Of a stretch of 64,000 bases of DNA, positions 43,443-53,358 are shown in pieces. The DNA is from Eggerthellaceae bacterium (lineage in GTDB: Bacteria; Bacillota; Clostridia; Christensenellales; UBA1242). The stretch spans positions 34,547 to 98,546 of the forward strand of contig CAVCJG010000002.1 in the NCBI GenBank assembly GCA_963602685.1, written 5' to 3'. The first letter of the stretch is position 1. Every line of letters begins with the position of its first letter. A model generated the notes under the pieces. The model was not told the DNA's origin. It was given only the letters and a program-made list of their open reading frames with translations, and made no database searches. The translations under genes were made by a program, and so were the position numbers.

Positions 43443-43812
43443 ATCTTACAGTTTTTGGACGACGCTTGCAGGTTCACTTGCACTTGTTGCCAGCGCAATA
43501 GGCAAAGCGTTCAGCATAAAAGTTGAAGAAAAAATCATAATCGATATAGTCATGGCAATCGCTGGCGTGCTTGTCGCAGTGGGCGTTGTTACAATGCCAT
43601 CTGATAAAAGCAAAACCGACGAAAAAGAAGATGCTTCGAAAGAAGAAATCGTAAAAGATGACGCGTCAAAACAAGGCGAAGAAAAGTTAATCGAAGCGGC
43701 CGACCAAATCCAAGCCGAGATTTCCCAAAAAGAAGAAATCAGTCAAGAGCAGGCAAAAGAAGAATCCCCAAAGCCTGTTTCTGACTCTAGCCATGATAAA
43801 GACGAAAAATAA
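43408..43812 (+). CDS. SPP1-type holin-like protein with a long acidic/lysine-rich tail
   Basis: Two TM helices (FWTTLAGSLALVASAIG; IVMAIAGVLVAVGVV). The start is set at the ATG after AAAGGAGA. Confidence 0.5.
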   Translation: MKFTTKLKQMIKSYSFWTTLAGSLALVASAIGKAFSIKVEEKIIIDIVMAIAGVLVAVGVVTMPSDKSKTDEKEDASKEEIVKDDASKQGEEKLIEAADQIQAEISQKEEISQEQAKEESPKPVSDSSHDKDEK

Positions 43813-43817
43813 AGAAA

Positions 43818-43844
43818 AGAGGGCACAAACGCCCTCTTTTTTTA
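43818..43844 (+). terminator. Intrinsic terminator ending the phage-like operon
   Basis: AGAGGGC-acaaac-GCCCTCT followed by T7. Confidence 0.7.
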
Positions 43845-43899
43845 TTGAATGTTGACAAAAGAGGCAAATTATGATAAAATAAAAAAGTAGGAGAGAGAA

Positions 43900-44334
43900 A
43901 TGGAAGAAAATAAGAAAACAATGGCAGAAACCTTTCTTTATGAAGATGTAAAAATAAATAAAGACTTTGTCAGCAAAGTTCTTGATGTAACGATGCCAGA
44001 TAAATTTGGCGCAAGCACGGTTCTTTTTAAAGACGGAAGCACTTGCACAGCACATTGGAAAACTTTTTTCATTGCAAACAAGCCAATGGCGCCTATATTC
44101 CGATTTGACCAACATGTCATTCAAGACGTTCAAGGCGACTGCTCATTGATTAACCTTCCACTTTTTAAAATAATTCTTGCTTATGGTATAGCATTGCCAA
44201 ATAAATTAATATCAGCAGCATTTGACCAGGATATAATAGCCGATGGTGACCTTGCTACAATATACACGCTCAACAAGGCGTGCGACGCAGTCGATAAATA
44301 CTACGAACACAAAAACACTCCACCTCAAATTTAA
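43900..44334 (+). CDS. Hypothetical protein (144 aa) with its own promoter
   Basis: TTGACA (43852-43857)-N17-TAAAAT, SD GTAGGAGAG, and terminator at 44343-44369. No lysin motif recognised. Confidence 0.5.
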   Translation: MEENKKTMAETFLYEDVKINKDFVSKVLDVTMPDKFGASTVLFKDGSTCTAHWKTFFIANKPMAPIFRFDQHVIQDVQGDCSLINLPLFKIILAYGIALPNKLISAAFDQDIIADGDLATIYTLNKACDAVDKYYEHKNTPPQI

Positions 44335-44422
44335 TAAATAAAACGGCCACGAAATGTGGTCGTTTTTTGTTATCTTATTCGATATTTTTGTATAGAAAGA
44401 AAAAAAATCGGGGAGCCCGATT

Positions 44423-44698
44423 TTAGTTTTGGTTTGATTTGATTGCGTCAAGTTCTTTAGCGAATCTTGATTTCTTTCTTGCAGCGCAATTTGCATGAAT
44501 AACTCCATCTGCAACGGCTGAGTCAAGAACAGATGTCACTTCACTGTATGCCTTTTCACTGAGAGCAATATCTTTTGATGCTACTGCTGCTTGGAATTTT
44601 TTAGCATAAGTTGAAATCTTAGATTTTACTGCTTTATTCTTAGCACGCTTTTTTTCAATCACCAAAATTCTCTTCTTCGCTGATTTGATGTTTGCCAT
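44423..44698 (-). CDS. rpsT: 30S ribosomal protein S20
   Basis: MANIKSAKKRILVIEKKRAKNKAVKS is a canonical S20 N-terminus. Confidence 0.9.
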   Translation of the reverse strand: MANIKSAKKRILVIEKKRAKNKAVKSKISTYAKKFQAAVASKDIALSEKAYSEVTSVLDSAVADGVIHANCAARKKSRFAKELDAIKSNQN

Positions 44699-44743
44699 GT
44701 TTCTCTCCTTTTGAAGTGTCTAGGGTAGTATAGCATAATAAAA

Positions 44744-45547
44744 ATGAATTTGCAAGTGAAAATAAATAAAATTTTGCAATCGACGCAAAATAATTGCATG
44801 ATAGATTTAATTGACGAATGTTCAACCGATTTAAGCGAACTTGGTTACAGCCAAACTTCGACGGGAAAATACGGGCTTCTTATAGGCAAAGTTGATGTAG
44901 AAACTGACGAAAAAGCAGAGCTTACAGGCTTTGACAAGGGCAGTTATATGATTTTTAATTGCCCGCTTTTGCACAAAGTCGGAGATGAGTGCATCAGTTA
45001 TGTTTCAAGCGAAGTCGAAAAGGGGTTAAAGTGGCTTTTTAAAAAGCATCATCTTGGCAAAAGGTCGCGCATTTTAATAGTGGGGCTCGGCAATCCGCAA
45101 ATCTTGGCAGATGCGCTTGGCAATAAGGTTCTTGCGCAAATCGAACTTGATGTTTTCAGACGCGCAAGCCGCGTATTTAAATTTGAACCTAACATTTTTA
45201 TAAACACAGGCATCAACTCTTTTGACGCCGTGCATATGCTTTCGCTTTGGCTCGACGTCGACGCTGTGGTCGTGTTTGATTCGCTTGGCACAAATTCGTT
45301 TTCAAGACTGACTCATTCTGTGCAAATAAATGATGCTGGCATGACTCCGGCAAGCGCGGTCAACAACTTAGGCCGAAAAATAAGCGAATTTTCGCTCGGC
45401 GTTCCGTGCATTTCAGTCGGCGTTCCAACAATGCTGATAACCGACAAATTTTCAAAAAAGCAGGCGATTTTGACGCCAAAGGATATCCATGTCGAACTTG
45501 ACAATTTGGCGAGATTGCTTTCGCAAGCGATTTCGTTTATTTTATAG
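44744..45547 (+). CDS. gpr: GPR (germination protease, peptidase A25)-like protein, short form
   Basis: IVGLGNPQILADALGNK, FDSLG and ISVGVPTML align with the GPR catalytic-Asp regions. The rpsT-gpr synteny matches Bacillus. Confidence 0.65.
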   Translation: MNLQVKINKILQSTQNNCMIDLIDECSTDLSELGYSQTSTGKYGLLIGKVDVETDEKAELTGFDKGSYMIFNCPLLHKVGDECISYVSSEVEKGLKWLFKKHHLGKRSRILIVGLGNPQILADALGNKVLAQIELDVFRRASRVFKFEPNIFINTGINSFDAVHMLSLWLDVDAVVVFDSLGTNSFSRLTHSVQINDAGMTPASAVNNLGRKISEFSLGVPCISVGVPTMLITDKFSKKQAILTPKDIHVELDNLARLLSQAISFIL

Positions 45548-45580
45548 CAATTTCGCTTGCAACAATCATATATTTAAAAT

Positions 45581-46288
45581 GTGAAAAAAGTAGCAGTAAT
45601 CGACAGCGGCAGTGGCGGTGTAAACGTGCTTAAATACTTGTTTAAAAACGTTCAAGGTTGCCAGTTTTTATATCTAGCCGACGACAAAAATTCGCCATAT
45701 GGTGAAAAAAGCAAGAAGCAACTAAAAAAGATAGGCGAAGATCTCGTCATCTTTTTGCAGTCTTTTTTTAATCCAGACATTATCATCATCGCGTGCAACA
45801 CTTTGACCAGCACGGCAATTGAGCACTTGCGAAAAACATTTCCAGACATAGTTTTTATCGGTTGCGAGCCTGCGATAAAGCCTGCCTGCGAAAAATACGA
45901 CCAAACGGACGTGCTCTTGCTTGCAACGCCTGCAACGATAAAGCACAATCATTTAATTGGCTTATATCCACAAGTGCGCACACTTGCAATTAAAAATTTG
46001 CCAAAACTAATCGACGAAAATTTGTTTGAACTTGATTGTTTGCAACCACTTATAAACCAGCAGTTGCAACCTTTCGAGCCAAAGGCAATCGTGCTTGGCT
46101 GCACGCACTTTGAAGCGATTAGAAGCCAAATTTTGCGCGCTCAAAACGTCGAATTGTTTTCAAGTTGCGAGGGCATAGCAAAAAGGCTTCGACAGTATTT
46201 AGACGAAACAGAAAAATCAAACGAAGTCAGTTTTATGTGCACGCAAGAGATGTCGCCCGCAAAATATTATCACTATTTTAATTCTTGA
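45581..46288 (+). CDS. murI: Glutamate racemase
   Basis: VIDSGSGG, IIACNTLT (Cys 1) and GCTHF (Cys 2). GTG start. Confidence 0.8.
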   Translation: MKKVAVIDSGSGGVNVLKYLFKNVQGCQFLYLADDKNSPYGEKSKKQLKKIGEDLVIFLQSFFNPDIIIIACNTLTSTAIEHLRKTFPDIVFIGCEPAIKPACEKYDQTDVLLLATPATIKHNHLIGLYPQVRTLAIKNLPKLIDENLFELDCLQPLINQQLQPFEPKAIVLGCTHFEAIRSQILRAQNVELFSSCEGIAKRLRQYLDETEKSNEVSFMCTQEMSPAKYYHYFNS

Positions 46289-46998
46289 ATCATATTTTGA
46301 TAAATTTCAATCAGTTCAATTCCGTGATAGTTTAAATCGCTTTCGCTGGTTTTTGTCAGCATAAGACATTCAAGTTCGTCGGCCAAATATTCGCCTAGCG
46401 CTGTAAGTTTTGCCGAAGCATTTTCAAAGGTTTCGGCGTATTTTTTTTGCAACGAAGCCGTTTTGTCGCACAATTTTTGCAGTTTTTCATTAACATCGTC
46501 AAGGCTGTAAACCTTTGTAGAAAAGCCTACGCTTATGTCAGAAAGCGACTTGAAAGCCGCGAAAAAACTGTTCAGCGCTTCGCTCAGTAAATTGCGATTT
46601 TCTGCCGATAAGTCTTCTTCTATGAAAATTTTTGGAAATGAAAGTTGCAAAATTTCGCTTTGCGTTCCGCCTTTTTTCAAATGCTCAGCAAACAGCGTCG
46701 CATCGTTTTTGTTTGCATAAGCGGAATGAACAGCATAATAATAGTCGCCATGCTTAAATATATAGCCCGCATTTCCAGCGTCAACAAAATCGCCAGCAAT
46801 GACTTCGACTTCGTGGCTGTTTTGCGATTTGTTTAAACAAACCAAAAAGCATTCTTCCGCCATGGCATAAACGCCGCCGCCATTAAAAGATGCCGAGCCT
46901 ATAAAAAGCGACGAACTAAAAAAGTTGGCAATGCATCCGGCAGCCAAAACGACGGCCAGCGCCAAAACGATCAAAACAATTTTAAAACCCTTTTTCAT
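46273..46998 (-). CDS. Membrane-anchored hypothetical protein, possible SPOR-like region
   Basis: N-terminal TM. YYYAVHSAYANKNDATLFAEHLKKGG is weakly SPOR-like. Confidence 0.4.
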   Translation of the reverse strand: MKKGFKIVLIVLALAVVLAAGCIANFFSSSLFIGSASFNGGGVYAMAEECFLVCLNKSQNSHEVEVIAGDFVDAGNAGYIFKHGDYYYAVHSAYANKNDATLFAEHLKKGGTQSEILQLSFPKIFIEEDLSAENRNLLSEALNSFFAAFKSLSDISVGFSTKVYSLDDVNEKLQKLCDKTASLQKKYAETFENASAKLTALGEYLADELECLMLTKTSESDLNYHGIELIEIYQNMIQELK

Positions 46999-47105
46999 AG
47001 TTTTAATTTATGACCAAATCCGACAAACTATGTGCAGTTTGTGGCACTTTCGCTTTACAAAAAGGCAGAGTAATAGTAAAATATATTTGACCAAAGGAGG
47101 AGAGT

Positions 47106-49012
<1,907 letters not shown>

Positions 49013-49065
49013 GAAAATGTTTAATCTCTCCCTGTGATGGCAATAACAACGCAGGGAGATTTTTT

Positions 49066-49578
49066 ATGAAAAAATTAAAATATTTGTTGTTGCCGCTTTT
49101 TGTTTTGTGCCTAATTTTTGCCGGGTGCGAAACAAACAATCAGTTGCGAGTCGCTTCCATTTCAAACATCACAGCGGCGGGCAGTGAAGATTTTGCAATT
49201 AGAATCAATTATCAAGAAGACGAAAGACTTGAAAACAAAGAATTTGACGTGCAAGTCAAATGTGACGCCAGCGATGTAAAACTGACGTTTTGGAAGGAAA
49301 ATGAACAAAAGGTCACATCAAATATAACTGTAAAAGAAAGATGGGTTTCGCTGACAAGCCTAAAAGCCGATTCGGCGGGACTAAGCGGGCAGGAAACTTT
49401 TAAAAAACTTAAAGATGCGGTTGATGAAAGTTATATTTTCAATGTATCAAAATCTTGCAAACTTATTTTTAGAGTTGTCGCGGGCGAAGCGACCGAAAAC
49501 TCGGCAAAAACGGGTCAGATTTTGGCAAATTTTGAACCTGTAAGCGATGATTTTGTGCTTGAGTGCAAACTAAAATAA
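49066..49578 (+). CDS. Lipoprotein (170 aa)
   Basis: Signal peptide with lipobox LIFAGC. Confidence 0.65.
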   Translation: MKKLKYLLLPLFVLCLIFAGCETNNQLRVASISNITAAGSEDFAIRINYQEDERLENKEFDVQVKCDASDVKLTFWKENEQKVTSNITVKERWVSLTSLKADSAGLSGQETFKKLKDAVDESYIFNVSKSCKLIFRVVAGEATENSAKTGQILANFEPVSDDFVLECKLK

Positions 49579-49644
49579 AAGCGTCATGTAAAAACGCTTT
49601 TATTTTTTTGTAAATTGTAGTAAAATCTCTTGTAGGAGTTAAAA

Positions 49645-50304
49645 ATGCTTTTAATCAAACATCTTTATCACAAATACACAAGAGAGTTTTATGCACTTTA
49701 TGATGTAAATATGGAAGTTGCAGACGGTGAGCGCGTGGCTCTTGTCGGCGCTGATGACAGCGGCAAAACCAGTCTTTTGCGCATAATTTCAAAACTTGAA
49801 AAACCAAGCAAAGGCGAAGTATATCTCAAAGACCGCCCACTTAAAAAGGTGAATTTCCGTTCAGACATCAGTGCGGGCTATGTTCCAGCAACGCCAGTAT
49901 TTTTAGAAAACAAAACGGTTTATGAAAACCTGAAATTTATCTTGTCAGAGCGCAAAATCAGCCCTATGGAAATTGAAAGCAAAATCAACGAAGCAATCAT
50001 CGACTTTTCGCTTGAAAAAATCAAAGATGAAAAAATCAGCAATTTGACCGTAGAAGAAAAATACATTCTTTCGCTCATTCGTTTGACATTCAGAAAACTC
50101 GACTTTTTAATGGTCGACAACATTTTCGAACATCTTTCAGAGTTTTACATTGAAATCATCGAAGAACTTATCGACCGCTTAGTAGGGCCAAACACAACGC
50201 TGCTTTTGGCAACAACAGACGAAAAAATTGCAGACAGATTCTGCAAACGTAAAATATATTTTAAATCGGGCTCAATCGTTTCGCCAAACGAGTATGCCGA
50301 ATAA
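49645..50304 (+). CDS. Orphan ABC-ATPase-like protein with degenerate catalytic motifs
   Basis: Walker A GADDSGKT is intact. The signature reads LTVEE (not LSGGQ), Walker B reads FLMVDN (no catalytic Glu), and the H-loop position reads TD. Confidence 0.6.
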   Translation: MLLIKHLYHKYTREFYALYDVNMEVADGERVALVGADDSGKTSLLRIISKLEKPSKGEVYLKDRPLKKVNFRSDISAGYVPATPVFLENKTVYENLKFILSERKISPMEIESKINEAIIDFSLEKIKDEKISNLTVEEKYILSLIRLTFRKLDFLMVDNIFEHLSEFYIEIIEELIDRLVGPNTTLLLATTDEKIADRFCKRKIYFKSGSIVSPNEYAE

Positions 50305-50306
50305 AT

Positions 50307-50645
50307 TTAGTCGTTAGGAAATTGCTTTTCGCCAACATCTTCTGTTGGCGTTTTTTTATTCGAAAAATTTGCCAGCGCGCTTAAAATCGGATTTCCGCCG
50401 TCGCCGCCGAGAGATTTAAACAAATCTTGCATATTTGAATTTCCGCCGCTCATTGTTTTTAATAAAAGCGGCAAAATCAAATTTCCGATTCCGCCTGAAA
50501 AGTTGGATTGCAAACCCATTGGCTGCTGGCAAGAAGGGCATGACGTTGATTTGCCCATGCAGTCATTTTGACCTTGAAAAAATTGCGAGCTGTTTTGCTC
50601 GGGATATGCCTCTTGCGGATAGAGAGGTGGAAAAGATGAATTCAT
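50307..50645 (-). CDS. Low-complexity hypothetical protein (start uncertain)
   Basis: Rich in Q, N, G and S, with a CPSC pair. Neither the TTG at 50708 nor the ATG at 50645 has a clear SD. Confidence 0.3.
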   Translation of the reverse strand: MNSSFPPLYPQEAYPEQNSSQFFQGQNDCMGKSTSCPSCQQPMGLQSNFSGGIGNLILPLLLKTMSGGNSNMQDLFKSLGGDGGNPILSALANFSNKKTPTEDVGEKQFPND

Positions 50646-50738
50646 GTTAATTGTATATGCTTTAAATGCCAAAATTGTAACTGAAATGTAGAATTTATTG
50701 CGACGCAAACATATAATTCAAAATAGGTCGGAGGCAAT

Positions 50739-51035
50739 ATGAGCAAAAACTTTGCGGATTTTGAATACAAAAGGGCGACTGATGAGAGTGCAAGCGCAAA
50801 CAAAACAGATAAGAAAAAAGTTTCAGACGCCGAGCAAATGAAGCAAACATACGATCAGCTAAAGGATTTAGACGCAAGCAGTTTGCAAGCAAAACTTGCC
50901 GAAGAAGTTGCACAGCAAAAAGCAAATGGCACGTTCAACTATCCGCTTTTGCAATCAAGTCTTGAAAGCATGAAAGCATTTTTGCCGCCCGAAAATTATG
51001 AAAATTTAAAAAGGCTGCTTGAAAGCATAAAATGA
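50739..51035 (+). CDS. Hypothetical protein (98 aa)
   Basis: SD GGAGG. ATGA overlap with the downstream S8 peptidase gene. Confidence 0.45.
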   Translation: MSKNFADFEYKRATDESASANKTDKKKVSDAEQMKQTYDQLKDLDASSLQAKLAEEVAQQKANGTFNYPLLQSSLESMKAFLPPENYENLKRLLESIK

Positions 51036-52177
51036 TAAATCCTAAAATTGACAAATTATTGTTTGGCCAAACGCTAGCCCTTGGCAGCGACAAAAAGATA
51101 ACTTGTTTAGTCAGTGCGTCGGCGTTTAACCAACTTAAAAAGGTGTTAAAAAAACAAAACATCGAAATATTAAATGAATATTTATTCATAAAATCTTTTT
51201 TCATTTCTGCAACCAAACAGCAAATAATGTTTCTTGCGCGCCATGCAAGCGTCAAATTTATATCATCAAACACATGCGCACTTGCGCTTATGAACGTGTC
51301 AAAAAAAGTGTTAAAACTTCCGCCTAAAAATTTGACAGGTGCGGGGGTGGGTGTTGCGTTTATTGATACAGGCATAACCAATCACTATGATTTTTGTTTA
51401 GGGCAAAACCGCATCAAAGGTTTCGTCGATTTTGTCGCAGAAGGAAAATATCCTTATGACGATAATGGTCACGGCACATTTGTCGCTGGCGTGTGCGCGG
51501 GCAGCGGAGCAGTAAGCGGCGGTACATATTCGGGACTTGCGCCATGTTGCGACATCTATTCGCTGAAAGCGCTTGATAAAAATGGCGAAGCATATTCAAA
51601 CAAAATTTTGTCTGCCATGGAGTGGGTCTATCTCAATCATAAAGAGAAAAACATCAAGGTTGTTTGCATGAGTTTTGGAAGCGAGCCGCTTGGAATAAAC
51701 GACCCAATTATGGTTGGCGCCGAACAACTTTGGAATAGTGGAGTGATAGTCGTTGCCGCTGCTGGAAACAGTGGGCCGGAATATCAAACAATAAAATCTC
51801 CGGGCGTCAGTCGCAAAATAATTACAGTTGGCGGAATGGACGACAATCGCATGGACGATCAGTCTTTTTCAAGCGCGCTTTTTGAAATTGCATCTTTCTC
51901 ATCACGCGGGCCGTCGTTTCGCTCATATAAACCTGACGTGGTTGCGCCAGCTGTTGAAATCACATCTTGCAGCACCAATTTTGGCTACACGACTTTAAGC
52001 GGAACAAGCGTCGCCACGCCAATGATTGCGGGCATCATGGCACTGCTGTGCGAGCGCTATCCAAACATCACGCCAGACGAAGCAAAGCGCAAATTGCTTT
52101 CATCGTGCAGACCTATTTGTTATAATAAAAATCTGGAAGGCTTTGGCTATCCAGATTTAACTAAACTTTTCGATTAA
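51032..52177 (+). CDS. S8-family (subtilisin-like) serine peptidase, no signal peptide seen
   Basis: Catalytic triad contexts VAFIDTGI (D), HGTFVAG (H) and GTSVATP (S). Confidence 0.85.
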   Translation: MINPKIDKLLFGQTLALGSDKKITCLVSASAFNQLKKVLKKQNIEILNEYLFIKSFFISATKQQIMFLARHASVKFISSNTCALALMNVSKKVLKLPPKNLTGAGVGVAFIDTGITNHYDFCLGQNRIKGFVDFVAEGKYPYDDNGHGTFVAGVCAGSGAVSGGTYSGLAPCCDIYSLKALDKNGEAYSNKILSAMEWVYLNHKEKNIKVVCMSFGSEPLGINDPIMVGAEQLWNSGVIVVAAAGNSGPEYQTIKSPGVSRKIITVGGMDDNRMDDQSFSSALFEIASFSSRGPSFRSYKPDVVAPAVEITSCSTNFGYTTLSGTSVATPMIAGIMALLCERYPNITPDEAKRKLLSSCRPICYNKNLEGFGYPDLTKLFD

Positions 52178-53194
52178 CTCAATAATTTTAGCATTTGCAT
52201 CATTTTTTCCTGCTTTTTGCAGGTTTTTTTTGTAAAAATTGGCATTTTTAAACATTTTATCAATAGTTTGCTTTAAACTTTGCTTGTTTAAAGATTCATC
52301 TAAAATCATTTCGCCATAGCCAAGTTTTGAAAATAATTTTGCGTTTTCTATTTGGTCGCCGCGTGACGCAGCCTTTGAAAGTGGTAGCATCAGCATAGGT
52401 TTTTGCAGCGCCAACAATTCGTTTATCACGCCCGAACCGGCACGTGTCACAACAAGGTCGGCAGCGGCATAATAGTCGCAAATAGGGTCGAGATATGCAA
52501 ACGGGAAATAACTATCTTTTGGTTGAATTGATGAGATGTTGTTTTTTCCAACAGAGTGAATTATGCAGTAATCTTTGGTCAAATATTCCGGCTCTGCAAG
52601 AAGTTCGTTCATGCGCACCGAACCCAAACTTCCGCCCACAAAAAGAATGATCGGCTTGTTTGGATAGCGAAGTTTTGCCAGCACTTTGCTCTTGTCGCCA
52701 TGAAACATATTTTCGCGAATCGGCTGTCCGGTGAAAATGTATGACGGCGAAATTTTGCTGGTCTCATGAAAGGTTGTGCACACAGCGCAGGCCGTGCGAG
52801 CGATGATTTTGTTTGCCAGCCCAAGCGTCAAATCTGACTCGTGAGTGATAAGTGGAATCTTCAATTTTTTTGCAGCGCGTGCAACTGGCAGCGCAACAAA
52901 TCCGCCTTTTGAAAAAATGATGTCAGGCTTGATTTCTTTTAAAATCTTTTTCGCCTGCTTGATTGACGAGTAAAGTTTAAAGGGAACTTTAAAATTTTTA
53001 ATCAGCTTGCTTCGGTCAAATTTCACGCACTCAATTTCATGAAAAGTGATGTTTTGAAATTTCGACACGATGTCTTTTTCCATGCCGTTTGATCCGATAT
53101 AATGAATTTCCCAATTTTTTAATTGCCCCGCGATGGCAAGGTTGGGATAGATGTGTCCCGCCGTTCCGCCACCTGTAAATACTATTTTTTTCAT
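52157..53194 (-). CDS. murG: Undecaprenyldiphospho-muramoylpentapeptide beta-N-acetylglucosaminyltransferase
   Basis: FTGGGTAGHIYPNLAI N-terminus, 345 aa. Confidence 0.85.
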   Translation of the reverse strand: MKKIVFTGGGTAGHIYPNLAIAGQLKNWEIHYIGSNGMEKDIVSKFQNITFHEIECVKFDRSKLIKNFKVPFKLYSSIKQAKKILKEIKPDIIFSKGGFVALPVARAAKKLKIPLITHESDLTLGLANKIIARTACAVCTTFHETSKISPSYIFTGQPIRENMFHGDKSKVLAKLRYPNKPIILFVGGSLGSVRMNELLAEPEYLTKDYCIIHSVGKNNISSIQPKDSYFPFAYLDPICDYYAAADLVVTRAGSGVINELLALQKPMLMLPLSKAASRGDQIENAKLFSKLGYGEMILDESLNKQSLKQTIDKMFKNANFYKKNLQKAGKNDANAKIIELIEKFS

Positions 53195-53358
53195 ACTACC
53201 TCAAAAAATATTTTATGTATATTTTTTGGTTTTTATTTACGAAATAATATTCAATAATATGAATAAAAATACAAATTTACAAATCGCAAAAATTCTTTGT
53301 TAAAAGTTAAAAATGTGATACAATAATTTGTAAGTAATTTGATTTTACAGGAGATATT

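Larger units (their letters stand above)
36387..44334 (+). mobile_element. Phage-derived head/neck gene island (incomplete: no TerL, integrase, replication, fibre or lysin genes)
   Basis: Eleven co-directional, tightly packed ORFs with portal, scaffold, coat and holin signatures, flanked by housekeeping genes. Confidence 0.6.

Noticed and set aside
24497-44334. The tRNA-Leu 3'-end duplication considered as the attachment-site boundary of a prophage that includes the capsid module at 36-44 kb.
   Set aside because: The two att-like copies are only 196 bp apart. About 12 kb of ordinary metabolic genes and another tRNA lie between them and the capsid module. No integrase is present, and I found no matching repeat at the far end.
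46999-47105. Expected CIRCE (HrcA operator, TTAGCACTC-N9-GAGTGCTAA) upstream of groES.
   Set aside because: No convincing inverted repeat of that type is present. Only GTGC...GCAC fragments occur. I do not report the absence as a finding, because a degenerate operator cannot be excluded by eye.
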